64,000 nt of DNA from Polyangiaceae bacterium. Lineage in GTDB: Bacteria; Myxococcota_A; Polyangia; Polyangiales; Polyangiaceae. Location of the stretch: positions 64,001 through 128,000 of the forward strand of contig JANRKO010000033.1 in NCBI GenBank assembly GCA_033763455.1, written 5' to 3'. Within the stretch, counting starts at the first letter, position 1, and every line of letters starts with the position of its first letter. The translations under genes were made by a program, and so were the position numbers. Shown here in pieces: positions 18,870-27,987 of this stretch. Under the pieces are notes generated by a model. The model was not told the DNA's origin and searched no databases. It worked only from the letters and a program-made list of their open reading frames with translations.

Positions 18870-21368
18870 TTGTCGCCGAACCAGGGCACATCCTCTTCAA
18901 TGTCGCTGGGGCGCATCGAACCGGAACTTGCCACCCTGCGCAAATTGGCTCAACAATTGGCCAAACAGCGCGTTGAACCCGTCACGAGCGTGCACTGGCT
19001 GGCAGCCATCAGCCTGCATCCGGGCACCGGCAAAGATCTGCTGGCCGAGCGCCACCTCGATTCTGCACGCATCCTCCAGGCAACCTCCGGACAAGGCGTG
19101 GAAGATCCGGAATTGGTTCGGAGCGCGACGGAGGCTGCGCGTCAGGTTGCCGTCAGTATGGATGCTTCCCACACCGCTGGCCTGCACCTTTTGATTAGCC
19201 TCTTGGGAGATGCAAGCTCGGCGGCCAGAAGAACACTCGCGGCCCTGCGAGTAGACCCGCTGAAGCTCCGCAACTCAGCGATGCAGCTAGGCCTTGGTAG
19301 GCGGGAGCGACCTCAACCGCGTGGCAACGATAACGCCCTGCCTGTCGAGCGTCAGAAAGCACCCGTCGGTCACGCACCCCCGAGGCCGTCGAGCAAGATT
19401 CCCACGAGGCATAGCCCGAGCGCGCGAGCACAAGCCGTGGTGATCCCTATCGTTCCCGCCGCGCAAAGCCCGCGCAAGAAACCACGCGCTGCTGGAGAAG
19501 TGGTGCCAATACGCCCCGTGCGCACCGAGGTGCAGAAGGTTGCAATTGATCGCTCCCTGCCAGATCAAGAACGTTTTGAGCTCCGACCAGCGGATTACCC
19601 AATGCTCAACAGCTTGGGACGCAATCTCACCTTGCAGGCCTTCCGAGGTGAGCTCCCCGAGTTCATTGGGCGCGACGAAGATCTTGAAGAGCTACTAGAT
19701 ATTCTGGCCAAGCAAAGTGGCAATAGCCCGTGTTTGATCGGACCCGCCGGGATCGGCAAATCAGCGCTAGTGCGAGGGCTTGCTCACAGGACAGCTACCA
19801 GTGCGCGAGCTCACAGCCTGGACAACCGCATCATCGTCGAGATTTGCCTCCGAGACCTCCTGAGCGGAAGCCAGCTTCGCGGGACACTAGCGGGGCGCCT
19901 CGCGACGTTGCGTCATGAAGTTGAAAAGTCCGAACGGCGCGTAGTTCTGTTTTTCGACGACTTGCATCGCGTGTTCTCCACCGAAGCCGCGGACGAAGCT
20001 TACACCGAGCTCAAGCTACTCCTTGGGCGCGGGTTCCCCTGTATTGGCACCTCAACGCTCGAAGAGTTCCGACGCTCGGTGGAGAGCGACCGGGCGCTCG
20101 CTCGCCACTTTTCGTTGGTATTGCTCGAAGAGCCTTCTCGCGAGGACGCGTTTCTCATTCTTCGATCCGTTACGAACACATTGGGGCAACACCACAAGAT
20201 CAGTTATTCAGACGAGGCACTGGCACTCAGCGTTGCTTGGTCGCTCCGCTATTTACCCGCGCGTGTCCTTCCCGAAAAGGCCATCGCCATCTTGGACCTA
20301 GCCGGCGCCCGCAGCCGACGCAGGGATTTGACTGAAGTCGGCCCACCCGAGGTGGCGGAGGTGGTGTCCGACATGGCAGATGTTCCGCTCGATCGCCTGC
20401 TACAGAGCGATCACGAACGCATGCTTAACTTGGAGCAATTGCTCGGCGAACGTGTAGTGGGGCATGAGGAAGAGCTACACCGGATCGCCAAGATCTTGCG
20501 CCGAAATGCCGCAGGTCTAGGTTCACGGCGCCCGATTGGCACATTTTTACTCCTCGGCCCAACGGGGGTTGGCAAAACAGAAACAGCCAAAGCCGTAGCC
20601 GAGGTTTTGTTTCAATCCGAAGCCGCCATGACGCGCGTCGATATGTCTGAGTACGGCGAAGCGCACAGTGTGGCTCGCCTCATCGGCTCGCCTCCAGGTT
20701 ACATCGGGCACGATGCAGGCGGTCAATTGACCGAAGCCGTACGAAAGCGTCCCTATCAAGTGGTCTTGCTCGATGAGATCGAAAAGGCCCACCCAGATGT
20801 TCTTACGACGTTTTTGGCGGTCTTTGACGAAGGCCGCCTCACCGATGGTCGCGGCCGAACAGTAGATTTCACCAATGTTGTGCTGATGCTCACCAGCAAC
20901 ATCGGGTCACGGGAAACCGAGGCGGGCCCGCGCCGCGTTGGTTTTGGCACTCACGCCCACGATGCGAGCCGGGAGTATGAAGCACGCGTCACCAAGGCCG
21001 CCCGAGATTCGTTGCTTCCGGAGCTCTACAATCGCATCGACGAGGTTCTTGCCTTTCGCCCACTGAGCCGCGACCGCGTGCGAGTGATCGCTACTCGGCT
21101 TCTCAAGAAGCTCGCGCTGGATCTCAGCGTGCGGCATCAAGTGAGCTTAGAGTTCGACACCTCGGTGGTAGAGCGCCTCCTAGATCTGGGCGGCTACGAT
21201 CCGGACCTCGGGGCTCGGCCGCTCAAACGCGCCATTGCCAGGCACATCGAAGCACCTGTCGCTGAAGAGTTGCTCAAACACACCCTTTCCCCTGGCGACG
21301 CCATCCTTCTGCATGCAGAAGAGGGCGGCATCGGCCTCGACACGGTGAGCGCGTCCGCTGCAGAATAG
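18870..21368 (+). CDS. ClpA/ClpC-family AAA+ ATPase (Clp protease ATP-binding subunit) with degenerate first ATPase module
   Basis: Clp-N repeats; NBD1 GPAGIGKS; NBD2 GPTGVGKT, PPGYIGHD, LLDEIEKAH, GARPLKR; VGF loop; start uncertain (ATG 18900 possible). Confidence 0.9.
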   Translation: MSPNQGTSSSMSLGRIEPELATLRKLAQQLAKQRVEPVTSVHWLAAISLHPGTGKDLLAERHLDSARILQATSGQGVEDPELVRSATEAARQVAVSMDASHTAGLHLLISLLGDASSAARRTLAALRVDPLKLRNSAMQLGLGRRERPQPRGNDNALPVERQKAPVGHAPPRPSSKIPTRHSPSARAQAVVIPIVPAAQSPRKKPRAAGEVVPIRPVRTEVQKVAIDRSLPDQERFELRPADYPMLNSLGRNLTLQAFRGELPEFIGRDEDLEELLDILAKQSGNSPCLIGPAGIGKSALVRGLAHRTATSARAHSLDNRIIVEICLRDLLSGSQLRGTLAGRLATLRHEVEKSERRVVLFFDDLHRVFSTEAADEAYTELKLLLGRGFPCIGTSTLEEFRRSVESDRALARHFSLVLLEEPSREDAFLILRSVTNTLGQHHKISYSDEALALSVAWSLRYLPARVLPEKAIAILDLAGARSRRRDLTEVGPPEVAEVVSDMADVPLDRLLQSDHERMLNLEQLLGERVVGHEEELHRIAKILRRNAAGLGSRRPIGTFLLLGPTGVGKTETAKAVAEVLFQSEAAMTRVDMSEYGEAHSVARLIGSPPGYIGHDAGGQLTEAVRKRPYQVVLLDEIEKAHPDVLTTFLAVFDEGRLTDGRGRTVDFTNVVLMLTSNIGSRETEAGPRRVGFGTHAHDASREYEARVTKAARDSLLPELYNRIDEVLAFRPLSRDRVRVIATRLLKKLALDLSVRHQVSLEFDTSVVERLLDLGGYDPDLGARPLKRAIARHIEAPVAEELLKHTLSPGDAILLHAEEGGIGLDTVSASAAE

Positions 21369-21442
21369 CAGCTGGGGCAAAGTGCTGCGCGGGACGGTTG
21401 CCCGCACCGAAGTTCGTGCCATCCCCGCCCCCCCTTAGCGGC

Positions 21443-22081
21443 TTACTTGTTGGGTTGTGGCGTCATCCGCAGGTAGGGTCGCACCACTGTGTGGCCCTTG
21501 GGAAAACGCTGCGCGATCTCGACCGGGTCTTGAAGTGCAGGAACAATCACCACGTCATCACCGTCTTTCCAATCAGCGGGAGTAGCTACCTTGTGGCTGT
21601 CCGTTAGCTGAAGAGAATCGATAACACGAAGGATCTCCGTAAAATTCCTACCCGTGCTGGCTGGATAGGTGATCATCGCGCGGATCTTCTTACTTGCGTC
21701 GATCAAGAACACCGATCGCACCGTCAGGGTGTCGTTCGCCTCCGGGTGAATCATGTCGTAAAGCGTGGCCACTTTGCGGTCCGAGTCGGCCAAGATCGGA
21801 AAGTTCATCTTCGCGTTCTGCGTCTCTTCGATGTCCGGAATCCAGCGCGAATGCTCCTCCAGGCCGTCCACACTTACGGCGATCATCTTGATATTGCGCT
21901 TGTCGAACTCACCCTTGAGATTCGCCGCGCGCCCGAGCTCGGTGGTGCAAACGGGGGTAAAGTCCCTCGGATGCGAAAAGAGGATGCCCCAGCTACTGCC
22001 AAGCCACTCGTGAAACTTGATTCTGCCCGTGCTTGAGTCCTGCTCAAAGTCCGGGGCGATGCTGCCAATGTGAAGACCCAT
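21443..22081 (-). CDS. 1-Cys peroxiredoxin (Prx6 family)
   Basis: LFSHPRDFTPVCTTE, YPASTGRNF.EILR..DSLQ and ATPADW. Confidence 0.95.
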   Translation of the reverse strand: MGLHIGSIAPDFEQDSSTGRIKFHEWLGSSWGILFSHPRDFTPVCTTELGRAANLKGEFDKRNIKMIAVSVDGLEEHSRWIPDIEETQNAKMNFPILADSDRKVATLYDMIHPEANDTLTVRSVFLIDASKKIRAMITYPASTGRNFTEILRVIDSLQLTDSHKVATPADWKDGDDVVIVPALQDPVEIAQRFPKGHTVVRPYLRMTPQPNK

Positions 22082-22392
22082 TGAGGTGCTCCTAGGGTTA
22101 GAGAGAGGCGGGAACCCTAAGGCTAGGCTCCCGGGGCAGCAAGCGTCAGGCCTGAGGCGGGGCTCACAAGCCGAGCGTTCCTGGGTGGCCCTCCGGGACC
22201 CGCCAAGCTCTCACCGGCACCTCCAACTATCCCTGATCGGCGCAATGCGCTTCAATGTTGAGAGTCGGCAGCCAGGTGCTCGGCATTGACTTTGTGAGCC
22301 CCAACGGCATTCTCCCGATCAACCACCCGGGCGGCCCGAGACACACGGTCGGTCCGCTGAACTTAGTTTTCGAGTATTTTTGGGAGCAAATC

Positions 22393-23244
22393 ATGAGCCT
22401 CGTAGCGCGATCACACAAGTCCGTCCTTCACACTCTTCTCCGAGCAACCGCAAGCGCAGGTCTACTGGCCGTAAGTCTTCCCGCGACCCTGGCGGGTTGT
22501 TCCTCGTCCGATAGCGGCAACGGCGGCAATGGCGGCGGCGGTGGTGCTGACCCTGGCACGGGAGACAAGACCGGTCTGCAGGTCTATCTCAAGCTTGACG
22601 AGAGCAGTATCGGGGCAGGACCGAAAGATACCGCCGGCAAGGTGACAGCCACGTATGGCGCGGTTAAGCCGACGGTCAGCGTGACGGCCGCCACGGTGAC
22701 TTTTGCTAATCCAGCGGCTCTAGAGTTCAAGGGCACGGAAACCGTAGAAATCCCGGCGTCTGACAACCTGAAGTGGACAGGCACCGAGAGCTACTCAATG
22801 TCGCTGTGGGCATTCCCTAAGGCTATGCCGCCCGCCAATAATTTCGCCGCTCTTCTGTCCAACAATCCCGGCGGAGAAAACGGCAACTACTGTGGTATCT
22901 ATATCCATAGCGCGGGCACCTGGTCCTTTGAGTCCAACGGTTACTTCCGACCCAACCCGGAGGTCCTCAGCGCGTCGCCGGTTGTCCTCAACAAGTGGCA
23001 GCATATCGTGATCGTGAACAACGCCATGGCTGGTAGCCAAACCATCTACGTGGATGGGGTGCCCGGATCTACCGTGCTCGCTCGGGCGAACGCCAACTGT
23101 GAGAGCTCCGCCACCTTCAGCATCGGCGCCAAAGACGGCGATGGCTATGTAGGCCTCATCGACGACGTACGTATCTACGGCCAAGCGCTCACCGAAGCTC
23201 AGGTGAAGGAGCTGAAGGACGGAGCCGAGAACATCACGCCGTAA
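22393..23244 (+). CDS. Lipoprotein with LamG/concanavalin A-like lectin domain
   Basis: GGGAG before ATG 22393; lipobox LAGC; Gly linker; YSMSLW, WQHIVIV, IYVDG and GLIDDVRIY..ALT. Confidence 0.88.
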   Translation: MSLVARSHKSVLHTLLRATASAGLLAVSLPATLAGCSSSDSGNGGNGGGGGADPGTGDKTGLQVYLKLDESSIGAGPKDTAGKVTATYGAVKPTVSVTAATVTFANPAALEFKGTETVEIPASDNLKWTGTESYSMSLWAFPKAMPPANNFAALLSNNPGGENGNYCGIYIHSAGTWSFESNGYFRPNPEVLSASPVVLNKWQHIVIVNNAMAGSQTIYVDGVPGSTVLARANANCESSATFSIGAKDGDGYVGLIDDVRIYGQALTEAQVKELKDGAENITP

Positions 23245-23320
23245 CCCGCCCGGCGGCACCTGTCCTCACGCCGCGCAGTTGCGTGTCGGTTCAATCGCGT
23301 TGCCGTCCATTTGATCAGTC

Positions 23321-23362
23321 CGGCAGTACCTCGGTGCACTTTATGGCACCGAGGTATTGTCG
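23321..23362. terminator. 17-bp stem-loop between convergent genes (terminator or part of a structured RNA)
   Basis: cggcagtacctcggtgc / gcaccgaggtattgtcg with 2 G-U pairs on the + strand and an 8-nt loop. Confidence 0.55.
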
Positions 23363-23533
23363 TATTTGGAGTAAGGGTACAGCTAGAGGTGAGTGCACCC
23401 TGCCATTGGGAGAACGTGGTTGCGCGACGCAGTGCCGAAATCGATCGCACAAAATGCCGCAGCCGGTAGCCAAGCAGAGTGCGATCCGGGGTGGCTGTGC
23501 GGTAGGCCACCTCGGACGGCACACACCCACGCG

Positions 23534-24535
23534 CTAGCGCAAACGCTCAACGAGTGCGGCAAACCAAGTGGCTCCCATGATTTCGTACCCTACGTCGTTT
23601 GGGTGGTAGTCATCGACCATGGTTTCAGCGCTTGGTCTGCCGGCGAGGGCAGCGTTCATATTCACGTACGCGATGTGCATCCCGGAGGCTGCGCGAGAGG
23701 CCACAAGGTTTGGGATCGCTTCGTTGTAGGCGGCGATCCCGGCCTGAAGCCCCGCGTCCGGGTTCGTGAGCGGAATGATCTGTGCCACTAGGATGAACGC
23801 CTCGGGTGCTTGGGCTGAGATCTGATCGATAAGCCCAGAAAGGTCGCTCGGCCTGGGCCGATCTGTCTGCTGCTCCTCAGCATCATTGGTCCCGATATGC
23901 AGGAGAATAACATGAGGCTTGTTGGCCTGGAGGGAGGCGCTTGTCAGGGCTTGAAGCTGAGCGATGGTGTAGCCGCTGTGACCTTCGTGCGCTTGGGGGA
24001 AAGGGACGGAATCAACAGTGCTTGGACCATTTGGCTCCCCAGATCCAACGAACGTTATTGCCTTGCCGGCTTCGGTGGCAGCGCGAAAAAGAGAGAGCCT
24101 ATAGCCGGCTTTGTGAGTCGACCCGACTCCAAACGTTATAGAATCCCCGAGCGGCAGGACCCTGCATGGAAGCCCGGCGCCGGGGCACGCCTGATAAGCC
24201 GAAGCACCACCCACAACTCCCTCGGAGCCCCCGCTTCCGCCAAGGCTCGCTCCACCGCCACTTCCAGTTCCTCCGGCACCCAGCGTCCCGGATGGAACTC
24301 CTCCCGTTCCTACTCTACCCGTCTGCACCTGTGCGCTTCCACCGAAACCAACGGATGCAGAGCCCCCTGCACCGCCGCTCGCGGCTATCGGCGCGTTCCC
24401 ACCCAGCCCGAGAGAAGACCCTCCCCCCTGCTGGCTCTGCGTGAGCGCAAGGCGAGGTGTGGCCGTTGGATCCCCGCAGCCCATGAGCAGCTGAACCAGG
24501 AGGAACATTGCCGCGATGGAGCGTGACCACGCCAA
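23534..24535 (-). CDS. SGNH/GDSL hydrolase lipoprotein (CE3-like carbohydrate esterase)
   Basis: Lipobox LMGC; Gly/Ser linker; blocks PLGDSIT, HEGHSG, HIGTND and DDYHP. Confidence 0.9.
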   Translation of the reverse strand: MAWSRSIAAMFLLVQLLMGCGDPTATPRLALTQSQQGGGSSLGLGGNAPIAASGGAGGSASVGFGGSAQVQTGRVGTGGVPSGTLGAGGTGSGGGASLGGSGGSEGVVGGASAYQACPGAGLPCRVLPLGDSITFGVGSTHKAGYRLSLFRAATEAGKAITFVGSGEPNGPSTVDSVPFPQAHEGHSGYTIAQLQALTSASLQANKPHVILLHIGTNDAEEQQTDRPRPSDLSGLIDQISAQAPEAFILVAQIIPLTNPDAGLQAGIAAYNEAIPNLVASRAASGMHIAYVNMNAALAGRPSAETMVDDYHPNDVGYEIMGATWFAALVERLR

Positions 24536-24552
24536 CGAAGAGAAGCAGGTGG

Positions 24553-26001
24553 TTACGACAAGAGCTCCGGCAGGGGGCCCTTACTCGGAACCATAAAGCC
24601 CTGCCCATCGGCATGCACGCCAAAGCCTGCTGACGGCGCACCAAGACCTTGGCCCATAGCGAGCAGCGCATCTTGAAAGCCAATCTCTGCGGAGCCTGGG
24701 TAGCGAATGTAGCGACCATCAAGCTTAAGACCCCCGGCCTTGCCAACCAGCACAAATGGCATGCGCAAGTGGCGAGAATGATGCGTCTCCCCATTGTCAC
24801 TCACGAGCATCGCCAACGCGTTGTCGAACAAGGTGCCATTGCCCGACGGGATGGTCTTGAGAGCGTCAAGTGTTGCGGCAACCATGCCGCTCATCCAAGC
24901 ATACACGCCGGCAATTACGGGTCCGTTGATCGGCTGATCCATGTGCCCAACATCACCAAGGCTTGTGCCATCCATACCATCGAGCGGCGTGCCGACGCGG
25001 AGCTTCGCTAGATCTGGCCCAAAATCGTGAGAATCTCCGCATCCGATATCGACCCCCATCACATTCGTCATGCCGCAGGTAAGCGCAATGCTCGCCATGG
25101 CGTTGAGCGCCTCGAGGCCGGCCACAGGTTCACCGGCTGCTCCAGCTGTGGGTGCGGTACCGCCTGTGCACGTGAGGTTTGCAGCGGCACTAAGGCTCTT
25201 TTCCTGTGCTTCAACCACGGCAAGGTACTTATCTAATTTCGCGCGCTCCTCACCCGCAAAATTCACCTTCAACCGATCCAAATCGTAGCGCAAGCCTTCA
25301 AAGATCAACCGATTCTTGACCGACGGTGTTCCCATCCCCGAAGCCTGCGTCATCGCCGTACCAAACAAGTCCTTGTAGAGCAGGGCTGGGCTCTGAAAGG
25401 AATCGATAGGCTGATTGGGACCACCAGCAAAGAGCATGGGCTTCATGTCTTTATCGACGTGGCTTGAAACACCGATAAGCACTGACTTTCTCGGTGTTCC
25501 CGCACCGATAGTATTGGCCAAATGCTGATCGTAGGTGATCCCGCCTGGCGTTACATTGTCGGGATCGGAGCCAGGCACGCAACTTAACGCCATATAGCCT
25601 AGACCGTGGCCCCCATCTTCACCCTTCCTTGGGTGGTTGCGGAGGCCATCCACCATCACCAACTGATTCCGGTAGGAGGCCTCCAGAGGTTTGAATGCAG
25701 CCGGCAGCGTGTATTCGGAAGAAGTCGCACTGATAAGTTTCGAGTTCGACGGCGACCCGGGCTCCTGCTGATTTTCTGGGGTCGGCTCGGGAAATTCCTT
25801 AGGTGTGAAGACCCAATAGGGGTTGATGCCATTGCAGGCCATCCAGAACATTGCAAGCTTCCTCGGTGCGTCTTGGCCACGAGCTTCACGAATGAGGTTG
25901 GAGGCGAGCGGAGCTAAGAGCGCAGCGCCCATTCCGAGCCCCATTTTCTCTACGAAAGACCGACGGCTGAAGGCGACTGACCTGCGGGAATTATCGATCA
26001 T
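24553..26001 (-). CDS. DUF1552 family protein, Tat-exported (cassette 1)
   Basis: SRRSF Tat motif; NG, T.DQ.LA, P..LY..LFG, KLD.YL, AL.CG.TNV, TLFDN and P.VL.G..GG features. Confidence 0.85.
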   Translation of the reverse strand: MIDNSRRSVAFSRRSFVEKMGLGMGAALLAPLASNLIREARGQDAPRKLAMFWMACNGINPYWVFTPKEFPEPTPENQQEPGSPSNSKLISATSSEYTLPAAFKPLEASYRNQLVMVDGLRNHPRKGEDGGHGLGYMALSCVPGSDPDNVTPGGITYDQHLANTIGAGTPRKSVLIGVSSHVDKDMKPMLFAGGPNQPIDSFQSPALLYKDLFGTAMTQASGMGTPSVKNRLIFEGLRYDLDRLKVNFAGEERAKLDKYLAVVEAQEKSLSAAANLTCTGGTAPTAGAAGEPVAGLEALNAMASIALTCGMTNVMGVDIGCGDSHDFGPDLAKLRVGTPLDGMDGTSLGDVGHMDQPINGPVIAGVYAWMSGMVAATLDALKTIPSGNGTLFDNALAMLVSDNGETHHSRHLRMPFVLVGKAGGLKLDGRYIRYPGSAEIGFQDALLAMGQGLGAPSAGFGVHADGQGFMVPSKGPLPELLS

Positions 26002-26013
26002 GGTAACGCTCCT

Positions 26014-27831
26014 TTAGTAGCTCCGCTTGAGGAAGGAATCGGAGGCCAGAAGCTCCGCAACGAACTCCAAATAACTTCCAGCTGGCACATACGCATCTTG
26101 GGCTTTCTTGAGGCTGCAGCTATCAAACGCCGTGGCAGAACGCCCCGAAAAGTACTGAAAGCCGTTAACCATCACGCACTGCTCAACGCGCTTACTGCCT
26201 CCCAACAAAGCCGAAAGCTCCACCGCATCCTTGAACTTTCCTGAAGCATCCCCAACGTCCACCAGAGTGCCGCTGCCATCAATGGGCTTGCCCTTGTCTA
26301 CCGTTCGGTAGGTGCCGATGGTGTCGTATATCTCGAATGCGAGCCCTGCTTCGTCGAGATTCGCGTGGCACGGCTTGCAGGACGTGTTTGCTTGGGCGTG
26401 AACCGCAAGGCGCTCGCGCATCGTGAGGGTCGTAGTATCTCCGAGTGGCGGCACGCCCTCAATTGGGACCGCTGGCACACCTCGGCACAGTATCTCAGTA
26501 TTCACAAACTTACCGCGACGCACGGGCAACGTGTCATCTCGCTTGGCCAACGCACCCATCAGCGCGGGGTGAGTAAGAAAACCCGATCGCTGCCCAGCAG
26601 GAGCCGCAGCCTTCATGTAGGGTTGCCCCTCTTGGGGACCGCCGGTCTGTCCGAACACAGCGGCCGTTGAGCAGTCGAAGAAAGTATCCGTTGTCGTGAA
26701 CAATGACCGAACAAACCCATTCGAGCCATTCGAAGCATACACACTGTCCACCAATGCCTGCGCCTGCGGAATTAGCTGCATCCGATTGTAGTGGCACGTA
26801 GCCACTTCGCCGGGCAGGATCATATCCGCCGCCTTTGGCACCGCCTGGATGCTCGGCAACTCAAAGTACTCCATCACGAAATTCCTTGCGTTAACCGAGG
26901 ACGGTGCCGACAACAGACGCTGGGCCTGTTGTTTGATCTGATCTGGGGTGCCAAGGGTACCATTGGTAGCTGCATCCCAGAGTGGCTGATCGGGCGGACC
27001 TCCGGTGAGCGCATAAGCCATGGAGGTGGCTGTTTCGAAGGGGGTGAGCACGGCCACTCCGGCCGTCGGCGTTGTCGCCCCGATCTCTGGGCGGAACAGG
27101 AACTGGGGAGCTAATAACATGCTCTGAAACGCCAACGCCAATGCACCGTCCGCGCCCAGCTCAGCGACGGCGGCCGCATCGGTCGCAAACTTGGTCACGT
27201 AGTGATCCTTCTCCTCCTGCGTAAGTGGCCTACGAAATAGGATCGCACCGCGATCGGCGAGCACCGTTGCCGCACATGCGGCAGAATTATCAGTGGCCCA
27301 GCAACTCCCGGGTTTCACTCGCGCGACGAGGGCTTGCGCCGAATCCCACGCGGCGGGAAGAGCCGCCCGGAACTCGGATTCACCGATGCTCAAGACGCCC
27401 GACTCAGTACTGTATTTACCCCCGGCAGGCTGCAGCGGCACCTTGAGTTCCGGCGGAAGGGCGGGAATCAGTACACTCGCATCTGCCGGTCGCCCATTGA
27501 GCGCCGCGGATACAGAAGCCGCGTACTGAGCTGGATTCAGCCTCCAAACGCGACGGGGCGGTGGTGCCTCAGCGGAAGTACTGCAGGCAAAGGGGTTGTC
27601 TATGGTGAGCGGGGGAACGACTGCCGGAGCTCCACCTGTACCTGGGGTGCTGATGCTGCCACCACTGCTCACTGATGCGCCGCCCACCGCGCTATTAGTC
27701 GACTGAGTGCCGCCTGCCGCGTCACCTCCGTTGCTTGCCGTATTAGACCGGGTACCACCCGCCCTTTCCACGCTGGAGGTGCAGGCTCCGGATAGCAAGG
27801 CGACACAAAACGTAGTTAGCAGATGACGCAT
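26014..27831 (-). CDS. DUF1592/DUF1588-family (PSD/PSCyt-type) lipoprotein with one CxxCH heme motif (cassette 1)
   Basis: Lipobox SGAC; RLN..QY, FRRPLT, P.FLFR.E, PPD, PVRRG.F, T.RERL..H, CKPCH and YD.IG.YR. Confidence 0.88.
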   Translation of the reverse strand: MRHLLTTFCVALLSGACTSSVERAGGTRSNTASNGGDAAGGTQSTNSAVGGASVSSGGSISTPGTGGAPAVVPPLTIDNPFACSTSAEAPPPRRVWRLNPAQYAASVSAALNGRPADASVLIPALPPELKVPLQPAGGKYSTESGVLSIGESEFRAALPAAWDSAQALVARVKPGSCWATDNSAACAATVLADRGAILFRRPLTQEEKDHYVTKFATDAAAVAELGADGALALAFQSMLLAPQFLFRPEIGATTPTAGVAVLTPFETATSMAYALTGGPPDQPLWDAATNGTLGTPDQIKQQAQRLLSAPSSVNARNFVMEYFELPSIQAVPKAADMILPGEVATCHYNRMQLIPQAQALVDSVYASNGSNGFVRSLFTTTDTFFDCSTAAVFGQTGGPQEGQPYMKAAAPAGQRSGFLTHPALMGALAKRDDTLPVRRGKFVNTEILCRGVPAVPIEGVPPLGDTTTLTMRERLAVHAQANTSCKPCHANLDEAGLAFEIYDTIGTYRTVDKGKPIDGSGTLVDVGDASGKFKDAVELSALLGGSKRVEQCVMVNGFQYFSGRSATAFDSCSLKKAQDAYVPAGSYLEFVAELLASDSFLKRSY

Positions 27832-27919
27832 AATATTACCGCCCTTGGCACAGCAAGCATTCGCCCGCTCCTAGCAACTGTGGGTACGCGTCAGATTAGC
27901 ATTCTCCGATTGCACCCGA

Positions 27920-27936
27920 CCTTACAAGCCACGCGC
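27920..27936 (-). promoter_or_regulatory. Putative regulator site GCGCGT-ggct-TGTAAGG (copy 1)
   Basis: About 90 bp upstream of the cassette 1 ATG; matches three other copies in this block. Confidence 0.55.
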
Positions 27937-27987
27937 CTATTCGGGCCGTACTTAATACTCGGATTTACGCAGCGGATCGCTGTCTGT

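Noticed and set aside
27845..27860. TTGGCAC as a sigma-54 promoter
   Set aside because: No GC at the required 10-nt spacing, and it points away from the adjacent gene start
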